The notes beneath the pieces are model-generated. The model saw nothing but the letters and a program-made list of their open reading frames with translations. It searched no databases and had not been told where the DNA came from. A program made the position numbers and the translations under genes. DNA of 57,371 bases from a virus (lineage: Duplodnaviria > Caudoviricetes), in the IMG/VR virus record IMGVR_UViG_3300022201_000072, positions 1-57,371 of that record; one strand, written 5' to 3'. Shown here piece after piece: positions 23,954 to 33,979 of the stretch. Every line of letters begins with the position of its first letter. Positions within the stretch are counted from its first letter, which is position 1.

Positions 23954-26900
23954 TTAAATTAAAACATCAACGTGAAAATTACAATAATACAGCGCATTAT
24001 TACCTGCTTGTACAAACTCAATGATAATGCCCTCTCCTAATGATCCTGACACTGTGTAACCAATATTTGTCCTTGTATAATCAATATATCCATTGGCATC
24101 CATAGCAGTATCTACCCCATAATCTGTCGCCATATCAACGATTTTTGTTGATGGCCTTCCAGTAAACCCAATGCCAGAATAAACCCATCCAGTAGCAGTG
24201 TGCGCCCACAAAATAATATTTGTATTAGAAACACTAGCAGCAGCCTTGCCGTCTGCCTCAAAATCTTCAACTAAAAAGTCCCTGTTTCTGAATGTATCGG
24301 CCTTTGCTACTCCATAATTGAATGAGAACGAGCCACTTGCCCCGGTTAACGTGTATGTGACTTGTCCCAGCCATCTTTTTGCCGTCTGAAAATATTGATT
24401 GGTTGATACCAAAAGAGTATCTGCAATTAAGATCTCTGAGTCACTTGTAGTTCTTGTCCCATCGTCTGCTATGGAAGTGCCTGATACTGTCAATACTTGG
24501 GTTGCTCCAGCTTGCGCTCCAACTACACAGTAAGCATGAGCGCCCAACGCCCTATTTACATCGCCAAAAACTTGGGTCACTGTGCCCCCTATAGTCAATG
24601 TTGCTCCTATTGTTGAATACTCATAGAATCCAGCAATAAAATTATTGTCAGTTGATCCATAGTCGCCCATCGTATATGATTTAGTCAGAATAGTAGAACC
24701 GACCGCACCCTTTGCCGGTTGGTCCCCTATTGAGCGTGCTTCTTTGAATCGTGCCTGTGTCTGATCATCCAAAGCAGTTGCCCCCTGCTTTAGTGCTATC
24801 CACCCGCGCAACACTGCACCCTCGATCAACTGTCCAGGTGATTCAATTATATCTTCCCCAGCAGCCCCAATAGCTTCACCCATTGAATTATAGATAGTCT
24901 GTCCATATGTTATTGCTAAGAGTTGGGACACTGGATAGTAATACAACCTTTGGAGAGTATACTTATCTGTTGGGACGGCAGTCTTTGCACCACTATTATC
25001 GTAGTTGTCTGGATCAATATCTGTTTGAATATCTGCCACATCAGCATCCTGTAACAAATACCAGTACGTCCCTATTGTTGTTTGTGCTGCATCGGTATGA
25101 ACGTTTGGAGATGTTGGGTTGCCAAGATTGTCAGCAGCATATCTGTAGGTTACTCCAGCAGATTTGTCAAGTAGCAGATTTGCTCCATTCGCGCTATAAA
25201 CATTGCCCCGTTTATTCATCGACCCTAATATATACGAAAGATCATTGGCAACATATCCCTGTCCTGTTGCTGAAGTTGTATATTGTCCTACGGCAGTAAC
25301 TGAATCTGTCACTCCATCTCCCCAACATCTTCCAACGATTGCAATTGTTCGTTTTTCAAGTTGTGTGAACTCGACATCGAATACGAATTCTCCAATTCCA
25401 GCAGTAGAAGATTCCTGGACTCCTATCCAAACAATAAAATCGGGAGATCCGAGATTTGGATCTATAGTTTGTTCATCCCAAGATATCTCCCGTATATTAG
25501 GAGATCCTGGAGTTGAATAATCGGCTATCAACGCCTTGCCAGCCGTCACATCTATCAATGAATCGTCAACACCATTGATAGAAAGATTTCCACCTTCCAG
25601 CACCCCTGTCGTAAGGTTGGTGATTATATCGTCAGAATCAACGACGGAACCGGTAAAGACAATTTTACCGTCTACTGAAAGACCATATTTTGTAGTGTCC
25701 TTCAATGCAATATCTTCCCTTTTCAGATACGGATAAATATCGGTTCCGTCGTTGACCTGTACCCCCCATATTGCGAAAGTGCTTGTTGAGTTATGGGTAA
25801 AATCGAGCCATTCACCAACGCTTGCACCAGCAGTTAAAGTCCTGCTGTATCTTTGCCAACCGTCACCAGATATGAAGATATTGGATGCACCACCATCAGC
25901 TAAATCGATAATAAGTATATTGTTGGTGCCAGATATAAATTTTGCCCAAAAGGAAACGGTATAGGTATTTCCGTTGACGATACCGAGCCCGCTTTGACGC
26001 AATCCCAAACCGGCAATATCCCATTGGACGTTGTCTACAAATTCGCCGTTCGGCCCTGTTGTAGCATTTGGTATAATTGTAGTATTGCCCAAGCCGTCCA
26101 CCCATACAGCATTTGTTAAATCTTCCGACCATCTTATCCTATTCTGGAGTCTGCCAAAACCACCGAATGCGTCTGTATCGCTGTCTAATGTGCATCTTGA
26201 CCATACTCTACCACTTGATTCACCTGTATTGATATACAGTGAACTATTTTCATCATTGACTCTTATTGCGACGCTTCCCGGAGGCTCAAAAAGAGATGAA
26301 CCAGGATTATAGTTAATAAGGTACAATTCAGACTCTACAGAAGAGCTTGCAAACTTTATAGGCCCGGCAAAATTTCCAATATTTAATGAAGTCGACTGAG
26401 CCTCAATATTAAATGTTGAAACATCTTCATCATAGTATATTTGAGATTGAATGAAACCAGCGGACGTTCGAAAATTAACCTCCGCATTACCGGCAGTTGT
26501 AACCGGTTTTAATTCCAAAGCGGTTGAATTTGTATCAATTACTAGGGTTGCTGTTCGGGTATCAGTAATAGAATTACCGGTGGTAGTGTCGAAAATAGCT
26601 AAGGCATTAAGTGTGGAACTTTCGTCATCTTTTGTAATTCCAACATTCCATCCGGTAGTTCCGCCGTCTACTCTCTTAAGATAGAAATTAGAACTTGTTC
26701 CGGCATCTCTTATTGCAAAAGCACCGCCATTGCCTGTTATATTTCCCAATGGTGAACGGCCTGTTACAAACAAATCTATAGTTCCGCCATTTGTTCCTGT
26801 TTTTACAAATTGGACCATTTCTTCAGTGTCAGCAGTAGAATTATTGAAATATAATCTACCACCATTCGCCGCAACATCTATTCTTAATAATGAAGTGGTA

Positions 26901-29503
26901 TTATATAATTCAATAAGACTATCGCTCAAACTGCCGAACGAAAAATTACTAAAAGATTGAATTTGGTAACTACCGTCAAAAACTCCCGAATAACTTGCGC
27001 CTGAAGTTGTTGTGACAAAAACATCATTGGTTGATTGATTGTATTTAATAGAATATCTTGAAAGCTGCAGATTATTCCTGATTTCAAAACCACTGACCCC
27101 TGTTGCTGAAACATTATCAAGTGAAAGAACTGTATTATTTGCACCAGATACAACAAAAGCATATGAATTTTGCAATGTTAAACCATCTGTACCATCCCAT
27201 GTTGCTATTGCATTATCTGTGCTTGTTGCTGGCCCCTGTACCCCGCTTGCTCCATGTAAAAAATCAATCCATCCAGTATTGCCTGTATCAGTTCTTTTAA
27301 TAAATAAATCTGAATTTATTCCATTATCAACTAAACAAAGATTACCGCCTGCGCCTGTTATTACTCCTTCAGGCGATACTTCGCTAACAAATAAATCAAA
27401 AGTGCCTCCATTTGTCCCGGTCTGTGTAAATCTAACAAGTGAATTCGTATTAGGTTGATTATTTGTTATTCTGTGTTGATAACTTTGTACCGATCCGCCC
27501 ACAACATAACTTGCATTATCATTATTGACGGTAATAGGATCAGATGAAAATGTTCTTAAATCAACGGCTCCGTTTGCGTCTAATCTATAGGAATGGCTTG
27601 CACCGGACAAAAACAAGGTTGTTCGAATCGCAGTTTCATCATATTGAAAAAGAGTTAATCTTGTTCCAGCAAAGCTTTCTAGGACTATTTGCGATCCAAT
27701 AGACGCACTTGGAGATTTTAATCTCAATTCTGTATCTGAAACTTCGCTTACTGTAATCAATGATGATGATTGCAGTAATTTTCCAGTTGCCCCATCAAAT
27801 AAAGCAAGACCAGTGTCAGTTGATGAAGCAGGGCCAACAACGTCTCCTAATAAAGATTGCCAACCTGTGTTGACTCCATCCGTGAGCTTAAAATAAATAT
27901 TAGGACTTGTTCCACTTACAGAGCAGATAGAAGCATTGTTCGCAGTAATAACGCCTTCAGGAGCTGTATTACTAACATATACTCTTGTGACGCCACCAGT
28001 TACATCATCTTTGGCAAGAACTAAAAGCGGTTCTGTATTTGGTTCAGTATTCGAAAATGAAAAGGAATACCCACCGGTAGATCCTGTCAATGTAAAAGTT
28101 GATTGGTCATTGTTAAGACTAACATTATAATTACCCAACGCTTCAATTCGCAATATATCATTAGATTCTAAAGTCAACCTATCTGCAGATTCAATCAGAT
28201 ATTGAGACCCTGATAAACTACCCTGACTTACTAAATTTAAAGTTTGATTGTAGTTTATCAAAAATCTATCTGCTGAAGCATTAGTTCTTAAACCAATAGA
28301 CGCTTGCCCTCCTGCGCCAAGAGTATCAACATAAAATCTTGTATTAGAACCAGATGGAACAACAAAAGAATTTGAATCCTGTAATAAATTTCCTTCTGTA
28401 CCGTTCCAAGTGACTACTGCATTATCCTTGCTTATTCCGGGCCCTTCAACACCAATATCAGCAGTAATTAAATCAACTGATTCAGCTAACCAACCATTAA
28501 TCGTAACAAATGGGACTGTTTGCCCGATAAATGGACCGCTTGTTTGTAGCCCACCTTTTAACTGAATACCTGAAAATTCTGTGTAAGTGTCTTGTCCGGT
28601 AAGAACCAGGGTATTATTCGGTGCCTTAAATACTGTTTGGTTATCGACATCCCCTGGTTCAACGGTAATTGTTGTGTCTACGATGTTTGGTCCTGTATCA
28701 TCTGTTCCAAGCCATGTTCGGACCCTTAATTCACCGCTTGCAGCAGGAATCAACGTATACTGCGAAACGTATATATCGATTGTATTTGTCGTTGATAATG
28801 ATTGTAAATCTGATAATATTGTGTCAAATACATCAGCCAATGGAATGTCAGACCTGGCAGATAATTTCCAATAAAAAGGTTGTTGATTGCCGGAGTCGTC
28901 ATATTTTACTATCACTGTGTAACTTTCATCACCATCAGCCGCAATAAAATTTAAAACTTCACTTCCAGAACTGATTTTTGCTCCAGATTGACCAAGCTCC
29001 AAACTCCCGGATGCAGTCTGAACAGTTGCCAAGCGCCAAAAATCAGGATCATAAGATGGTGGTGCGCTTGGACCTGACCAGACATAAGTTGAAGATGTAT
29101 TATCACCAACATTTATTATGACCGGTAAATCTGTTTCTAAAAGTCCTTGATTTGGTGGAGTCCCAAAAAATGTATCACGTGCAGCAATAGACGCAAAAAA
29201 ATAACTGTTTCCGGTTGCTCCTGCTGGTCCTGTTTCTCCCTGGACTAAACTAGTTACGTCGACCCATACCGAAGATGCGCGTTGTTGATACGCAACTTCT
29301 CCTGATCCATTATCCAATAACTTTATAATTAGGAACTCATCTGCATCAAGTCGTGCAAGTTCAGATGGGTTTGCGCCAAAATAAACATCTCTTGCCGCCG
29401 CATCCGCATACACCCCTTGATTATTATCTGATTGAATGAATAATTGAAACCCAGCGCCACTGCCGCCGCCAAAAGCCCCTATCCCACTGTCAAAAATTGG
29501 CAT
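23954..29503 (-). CDS. Giant tail fibre/adhesin (1849 aa)
   Basis: G/S/T-rich; short collagen-like GETGPAGATG; four GPxSSTDNA..WDG repeats; SPEGVITG repeats; carbohydrate-binding-like NRIRWSEDL module. Confidence 0.8.
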   Translation of the reverse strand: MPIFDSGIGAFGGGSGAGFQLFIQSDNNQGVYADAAARDVYFGANPSELARLDADEFLIIKLLDNGSGEVAYQQRASSVWVDVTSLVQGETGPAGATGNSYFFASIAARDTFFGTPPNQGLLETDLPVIINVGDNTSSTYVWSGPSAPPSYDPDFWRLATVQTASGSLELGQSGAKISSGSEVLNFIAADGDESYTVIVKYDDSGNQQPFYWKLSARSDIPLADVFDTILSDLQSLSTTNTIDIYVSQYTLIPAASGELRVRTWLGTDDTGPNIVDTTITVEPGDVDNQTVFKAPNNTLVLTGQDTYTEFSGIQLKGGLQTSGPFIGQTVPFVTINGWLAESVDLITADIGVEGPGISKDNAVVTWNGTEGNLLQDSNSFVVPSGSNTRFYVDTLGAGGQASIGLRTNASADRFLINYNQTLNLVSQGSLSGSQYLIESADRLTLESNDILRIEALGNYNVSLNNDQSTFTLTGSTGGYSFSFSNTEPNTEPLLVLAKDDVTGGVTRVYVSNTAPEGVITANNASICSVSGTSPNIYFKLTDGVNTGWQSLLGDVVGPASSTDTGLALFDGATGKLLQSSSLITVSEVSDTELRLKSPSASIGSQIVLESFAGTRLTLFQYDETAIRTTLFLSGASHSYRLDANGAVDLRTFSSDPITVNNDNASYVVGGSVQSYQHRITNNQPNTNSLVRFTQTGTNGGTFDLFVSEVSPEGVITGAGGNLCLVDNGINSDLFIKRTDTGNTGWIDFLHGASGVQGPATSTDNAIATWDGTDGLTLQNSYAFVVSGANNTVLSLDNVSATGVSGFEIRNNLQLSRYSIKYNQSTNDVFVTTTSGASYSGVFDGSYQIQSFSNFSFGSLSDSLIELYNTTSLLRIDVAANGGRLYFNNSTADTEEMVQFVKTGTNGGTIDLFVTGRSPLGNITGNGGAFAIRDAGTSSNFYLKRVDGGTTGWNVGITKDDESSTLNALAIFDTTTGNSITDTRTATLVIDTNSTALELKPVTTAGNAEVNFRTSAGFIQSQIYYDEDVSTFNIEAQSTSLNIGNFAGPIKFASSSVESELYLINYNPGSSLFEPPGSVAIRVNDENSSLYINTGESSGRVWSRCTLDSDTDAFGGFGRLQNRIRWSEDLTNAVWVDGLGNTTIIPNATTGPNGEFVDNVQWDIAGLGLRQSGLGIVNGNTYTVSFWAKFISGTNNILIIDLADGGASNIFISGDGWQRYSRTLTAGASVGEWLDFTHNSTSTFAIWGVQVNDGTDIYPYLKREDIALKDTTKYGLSVDGKIVFTGSVVDSDDIITNLTTGVLEGGNLSINGVDDSLIDVTAGKALIADYSTPGSPNIREISWDEQTIDPNLGSPDFIVWIGVQESSTAGIGEFVFDVEFTQLEKRTIAIVGRCWGDGVTDSVTAVGQYTTSATGQGYVANDLSYILGSMNKRGNVYSANGANLLLDKSAGVTYRYAADNLGNPTSPNVHTDAAQTTIGTYWYLLQDADVADIQTDIDPDNYDNSGAKTAVPTDKYTLQRLYYYPVSQLLAITYGQTIYNSMGEAIGAAGEDIIESPGQLIEGAVLRGWIALKQGATALDDQTQARFKEARSIGDQPAKGAVGSTILTKSYTMGDYGSTDNNFIAGFYEYSTIGATLTIGGTVTQVFGDVNRALGAHAYCVVGAQAGATQVLTVSGTSIADDGTRTTSDSEILIADTLLVSTNQYFQTAKRWLGQVTYTLTGASGSFSFNYGVAKADTFRNRDFLVEDFEADGKAAASVSNTNIILWAHTATGWVYSGIGFTGRPSTKIVDMATDYGVDTAMDANGYIDYTRTNIGYTVSGSLGEGIIIEFVQAGNNALYYCNFHVDVLI

Positions 29504-29513
29504 ACTTCCTCCT

Positions 29514-29783
29514 TTAATCCGCTTCTGTTATCGCAATAGTGGTCGATGCGTATCTTGATTGAATCCAAATCCCAAGTCCTGTTGCTGGCGCGACTCCCTT
29601 TGTCTCGCCTGGTCCTACTTCATGAAACGGTGTTCCAGATATAGGTGTTGAAGTTTGTTCTGATAAAAGCAAAGTTGTTGGGCCAACATTTTGCAGAGTG
29701 TAGGCTTGATCAACAACTAACGATAATGAACTAACAATATTAATCCATGTTGTACTGTCCACTGTTTCACCTAAAGTTGCCAT
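29514..29783 (-). CDS. Small virion beta-sandwich protein
   Basis: LQNVGP motif; lies between fibre genes. Confidence 0.65.
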   Translation of the reverse strand: MATLGETVDSTTWINIVSSLSLVVDQAYTLQNVGPTTLLLSEQTSTPISGTPFHEVGPGETKGVAPATGLGIWIQSRYASTTIAITEAD

Positions 29784-29792
29784 GTTGCCTCT

Positions 29793-30470
29793 CTAAATTT
29801 GAATTATGTTAAATGGGGGTGAAGGAGTTGATGTTATATCGGGAACGTTGAATGTTGTAGATCCGTCACCTACACCGTATGTTGTCCCGATAATTGAAAA
29901 CAAATTACCATAAATCGTTCTGCTAACAGCATTACCGTTGCACTGAAGATACCCCGGCGGAATCGATGTTTGTCCCAACATTATACCCCCTGTGCCGGGT
30001 GCCGGAATGGAAGGATTAACGATTTCGAATCTGTCTGTTGATAGCTTATAAACAGCTAATATTTGTTTGTCTGCAATTATCTGATTTGTAGCCAGTGCAT
30101 TCCCATCTGGGAGCTTTATATCTTTAACACCGATCGAATCAACATTTATTGTAGAGGCGCCCGTGTTGGTATTTGCAGCTTTAAACGAAACAAGCATATT
30201 GTCATAATACTTAGACACCTTTCTAAGACTGTCGATTGATGATATGACGTAAGCATTTGCTGTTCCTAAATCCTCATAAGACGCGCCGGCATTAGCGTAT
30301 GATGACATTGTTTTACCAAGCATGTCCAAGTCTGTGTTTGGGCCGCCTGCTGGATCTAATGTTAAACCGGCACTTTCAACTGCATTCTCCCATTCAGAAT
30401 TTAAGGCGTTAAAATCACCTGCAGGAAGGGTGTCACCGACACCGTCTGTTTTATCCGATATATTTCTCAT
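29793..30470 (-). CDS. Tail fibre with collar domain (paralog 3, no propeller)
   Basis: NTGASTINVD; PPGYLQCNGNAVSRTIYGNLFSIIGTTYGVGDGSTTFNVPD. Confidence 0.88.
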   Translation of the reverse strand: MRNISDKTDGVGDTLPAGDFNALNSEWENAVESAGLTLDPAGGPNTDLDMLGKTMSSYANAGASYEDLGTANAYVISSIDSLRKVSKYYDNMLVSFKAANTNTGASTINVDSIGVKDIKLPDGNALATNQIIADKQILAVYKLSTDRFEIVNPSIPAPGTGGIMLGQTSIPPGYLQCNGNAVSRTIYGNLFSIIGTTYGVGDGSTTFNVPDITSTPSPPFNIIQI

Positions 30471-31903
30471 AGTTTATATTTAATTATGTATTGCACTGTT
30501 GAATCTTGGCTTTTTAAAATTCCACCCGTGTCCTCTGCAATCCAGAATTCACCTTTAACCTCATCAACCGCCATACCCCTGTAATTAGAGCTGTTAATGA
30601 TAAGAATCTCGAAAGAACTTTCACCTCTTAGCGTTTTATAAACATCGCTATTTGACTCTTTGGCCCATAAATCCCCGCTAGAAATATTCAACGCAAGAAA
30701 AAACCAATTCTTAACAGGGGCCGACACGTCTGTCCAAGTTCCTAAGCCCCCTGTATTTTTGTAAATTTTATCTGTGGTTAGCTCACAAGCATAAACGTCT
30801 TGAGTGTTTGGGTTCACTATTATATCGGTCCACTGGACGCTTGGCGCAGCCACATCTTGAACCCAAGACCCGGCGCCGCTAGCATTTTTGTATATTTTTG
30901 AAGTAGAAAGAGAGCACACCCAAACATCCCCATTTGAAGCGTCTACGGTAATCCCATACCACGAATCGGAAGGCGCGGTTGCGTCTATTACCCAAACACC
31001 GAGACCGCCTGCATTTTTATAAATATCGCCGCTTGATGAGCAAGCCCATACGTCGCCATTAGAAGAGTTTACTGTAATGCCCTGCCAGGATGTAGCCGGT
31101 GCTGACGTATCAGTCCAAACACCTAAGCCCCCTGCATTTTTGTAAATATCATCTGTTATTTCGTCGCATGCATAAACGTCACCGGTTGATGAATCAACTG
31201 CTATCGCCCTCCATCCCGTAGATGGCGCCCCAGAATCAGTTAATGCAATGTCAGAAAAATTTAACCACGGAAGATTAAACGTTGTAGATCCGTCACCGAC
31301 ACCGTAACTTGTTCCAATAACTGCAAATAGATCGGCATACGTAGTTCTGCTAACCGCTGATCCATCGCAATATAAGTACCCATTCGGAAGTGCTTTAATT
31401 GCTTGAACTGACACAGCCCCAACCGGATCAGTTAACGCTGCTTCCTCTTTGTTTACTAATTCAAACCTTGTTTGCGATAAATTATATATTGCAAAATAAT
31501 AATTGCCTGAAATAATGTCGTCTGGTTCAAGTGCTGACCCGTCAGGTCTTGTAAAGCTCCTTGCTCCAATTGAATTAACATTTATTGTTGATGGCCCTGT
31601 GTTGGAATTACCCGCTTTAAAAACAACCATCATATTGTTAGAATATGTTACCACGGGTTTTAAATTCGTAGTTATTGACAATATATAGGCGTCAGCTGTG
31701 CCGGAGTCTTGATAAACAAGACCTGCATTGGCATAAGCTGCTATAGATTGGCTCAGCATAAATAAGTTAACGTCGGGCCCTCCTTCTGAATCAAGTGTAA
31801 AATCAGCACTAGTTACAATATTCTGTGATTCATTTTTTATCGAATTAAATTCAGCAGAATTCAATTCAGAAGTGCCGTCGATTTTTGTTGCAAGATCTCT
31901 CAT
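30467..31903 (-). CDS. Tail fibre with collar domain and beta-propeller-like repeats (paralog 2)
   Basis: Collar motif followed by ~44-aa IYKNAGGLGVW repeats. Confidence 0.88.
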   Translation of the reverse strand: MRDLATKIDGTSELNSAEFNSIKNESQNIVTSADFTLDSEGGPDVNLFMLSQSIAAYANAGLVYQDSGTADAYILSITTNLKPVVTYSNNMMVVFKAGNSNTGPSTINVNSIGARSFTRPDGSALEPDDIISGNYYFAIYNLSQTRFELVNKEEAALTDPVGAVSVQAIKALPNGYLYCDGSAVSRTTYADLFAVIGTSYGVGDGSTTFNLPWLNFSDIALTDSGAPSTGWRAIAVDSSTGDVYACDEITDDIYKNAGGLGVWTDTSAPATSWQGITVNSSNGDVWACSSSGDIYKNAGGLGVWVIDATAPSDSWYGITVDASNGDVWVCSLSTSKIYKNASGAGSWVQDVAAPSVQWTDIIVNPNTQDVYACELTTDKIYKNTGGLGTWTDVSAPVKNWFFLALNISSGDLWAKESNSDVYKTLRGESSFEILIINSSNYRGMAVDEVKGEFWIAEDTGGILKSQDSTVQYIIKYKL

Positions 31904-31919
31904 TCTTATTCCTTATGTC

Positions 31920-33362
31920 TTATGTCTTAATGTAAAGAGCCACTCCTTTTTGCAAGAAAACATTAGCGTTATCGCAATACATTATATCGGCTGTTGCAGA
32001 ATTAACAGCAACTTCATTTGTAGCACCAACAATAGCCGGTATTTCTTTGATTTCAATCCAATTCGATGTTCCGGTTATTTTTTTGAAAATAGTATCAGCA
32101 TTTTCATCAAGAGCAAATATATCCCCGGTCGTTTCATTCACCGCTATGCTTATCCATCCCCTGCTTGGGGCGCTTGTGTCTGTGGCCCAAACTCCAAGAC
32201 CCCCAGCATTTTTATAAATAAGCCCTCCTGACTCACAGGCCCAAACATCGCCGCTAAATGAATCAACAGAAATATCCCTCCATGATTCGAATGGAACAGT
32301 TTGTGAAGTCCATACACCGAGACCTCCAGCGTTTTTATAGATTAACGTGCCTGATTCTGGAATCGCCCAAATATCTTGATTACTGACATTGACAGTGATT
32401 CCAGTCCAACTTGCCACGGGTGCAGATTGGTCAACCCATGAGCCTACACCGCCTGCGTTTTTATAAATTTGATTTAATACATTTGAGCATATCCATACAT
32501 CATTGTTAGATGCATCGACAGTTACATCATTCCAGGATGAGTTTGGTGCTGATTGATCAATAAAAGAAGCTGTTCCGCCTGCACTCTTGTAAATCGATCC
32601 GTTTGGAAAACTAGAAGTTGATATCCAAACATCGCTATTTGAAGAGTTCACAGAAAGACCGCGTATTGCCGTTGCAGGAGATGTCAAGCTGTTATATTCT
32701 GCTTGGCTTTGCAGTGATGAAATAGCTCTAGGCAGATTGAACGTTGTTGAGCCGTCACCAACGCCGTAAGTTGTCCCGATAGCGGCAAATAGGTCAGAAT
32801 AAACAGTTCTACTAACTGCTGATCCATCGCATAATAGATACCCATTTGAATCCGCATTAAAAGCTAAGTGAATCATAGTTCCGGTAGGTGAACCAAAACT
32901 ATTACCTTTCACTAATTCAAATCGGTCGTCGGTTTCATTAAAGCTCAATATTGCGTATGTATCGGCTAATAAAGAATCAGGGACAAGACTATTTCCATTT
33001 TTATCTGTTATTGATTTTACAGCAAGTGAGTTGACCGTTACAGTAGACGCCCCTGTGTTAGTGTTTCCAATTTTGAAATAAACTGTCATTCCATTAAAAT
33101 AGTCTTCAATATACTCAAGACTTCCTGTCAATTCTAAAACATACGCGTTAGCTGCACCAGTATCCGTATACACCCTAGCACAACTAGAGTATATAGCCGC
33201 AGATTTCGCCAACATGTTTAAATCTGTATCGGGGCCGATAGCGGGGTCCAGCGCTTGCCCTGAAGATGTAACAGCATTTTCACCTTCTTCATTTTGCGCG
33301 TTGAAATCATCAGCTGATAGAGTATCACCTGAATTAGACGTTTTAAGCGGTAAACTTCTCAT
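31920..33362 (-). CDS. Tail fibre with collar domain and beta-propeller-like repeats (paralog 1)
   Basis: Same architecture as paralog 2. Confidence 0.88.
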   Translation of the reverse strand: MRSLPLKTSNSGDTLSADDFNAQNEEGENAVTSSGQALDPAIGPDTDLNMLAKSAAIYSSCARVYTDTGAANAYVLELTGSLEYIEDYFNGMTVYFKIGNTNTGASTVTVNSLAVKSITDKNGNSLVPDSLLADTYAILSFNETDDRFELVKGNSFGSPTGTMIHLAFNADSNGYLLCDGSAVSRTVYSDLFAAIGTTYGVGDGSTTFNLPRAISSLQSQAEYNSLTSPATAIRGLSVNSSNSDVWISTSSFPNGSIYKSAGGTASFIDQSAPNSSWNDVTVDASNNDVWICSNVLNQIYKNAGGVGSWVDQSAPVASWTGITVNVSNQDIWAIPESGTLIYKNAGGLGVWTSQTVPFESWRDISVDSFSGDVWACESGGLIYKNAGGLGVWATDTSAPSRGWISIAVNETTGDIFALDENADTIFKKITGTSNWIEIKEIPAIVGATNEVAVNSATADIMYCDNANVFLQKGVALYIKT

Positions 33363-33979
33363 ATGTCACCCTCATTAACTATCAAAACGTTTACATTAGC
33401 CGGCGCTAATGAGTCAAAAATACATTGTAAAAATTGCTTACCGCCTGTGCTAAACGGCAACGGGAAAGGCAGTATGAATGACGAATTAACGGATTCATCA
33501 TTAAGAATTGTTATAAATATGGTATGGGATGCTTCTTTTTGACCGTCTATAAAAACAATCGGAAAACTTAAAGCAAAAGTAGAAACCGCGACGCCCGGAG
33601 TCACGGCGATATCGAATCCAAAAAACGCCGCAACTCTTATGAAGTCCGCCGCCGTCTGAACACCTCCATATTTAGTAAACTTTTGCAAGACTTGCTTCCT
33701 TCTTGTTTCAATGTCGACGCTATTATCCAGACAATCGTCAGGGATACCGACAGATGTCTCCCAGTCGGATATAAGCTCATCTGTCTGATTAATATCCATT
33801 TCATCGTACAGCTTTTTTTCCAAATATTGGAAACGCTGGAATTCAGCTGCAATGCCTAGTAACAGCTTTCCTAAATTATCTTGGGCGTCGAAAGCTTTTT
33901 GGAGCGCTCTACCACTGGGAAGATGAGACGCCAACAAATATAAATGCTCTTCAAGTTCGATAGGATCAAAAAGACTCAT
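33359..33979 (-). CDS. Baseplate wedge protein, Mu gp48/YmfQ-like
   Basis: LPSGRA, LISDWETSVGIPD, FFGFDI, LAPANV. Confidence 0.85.
   Translation of the reverse strand: MSLFDPIELEEHLYLLASHLPSGRALQKAFDAQDNLGKLLLGIAAEFQRFQYLEKKLYDEMDINQTDELISDWETSVGIPDDCLDNSVDIETRRKQVLQKFTKYGGVQTAADFIRVAAFFGFDIAVTPGVAVSTFALSFPIVFIDGQKEASHTIFITILNDESVNSSFILPFPLPFSTGGKQFLQCIFDSLAPANVNVLIVNEGDI

Noticed and set aside
23954-33362. Diversity-generating retroelement or invertase-driven fibre switching
   Set aside because: No reverse transcriptase or invertase, no adenine-specific TR/VR pair noticed, and all fibre genes are co-oriented
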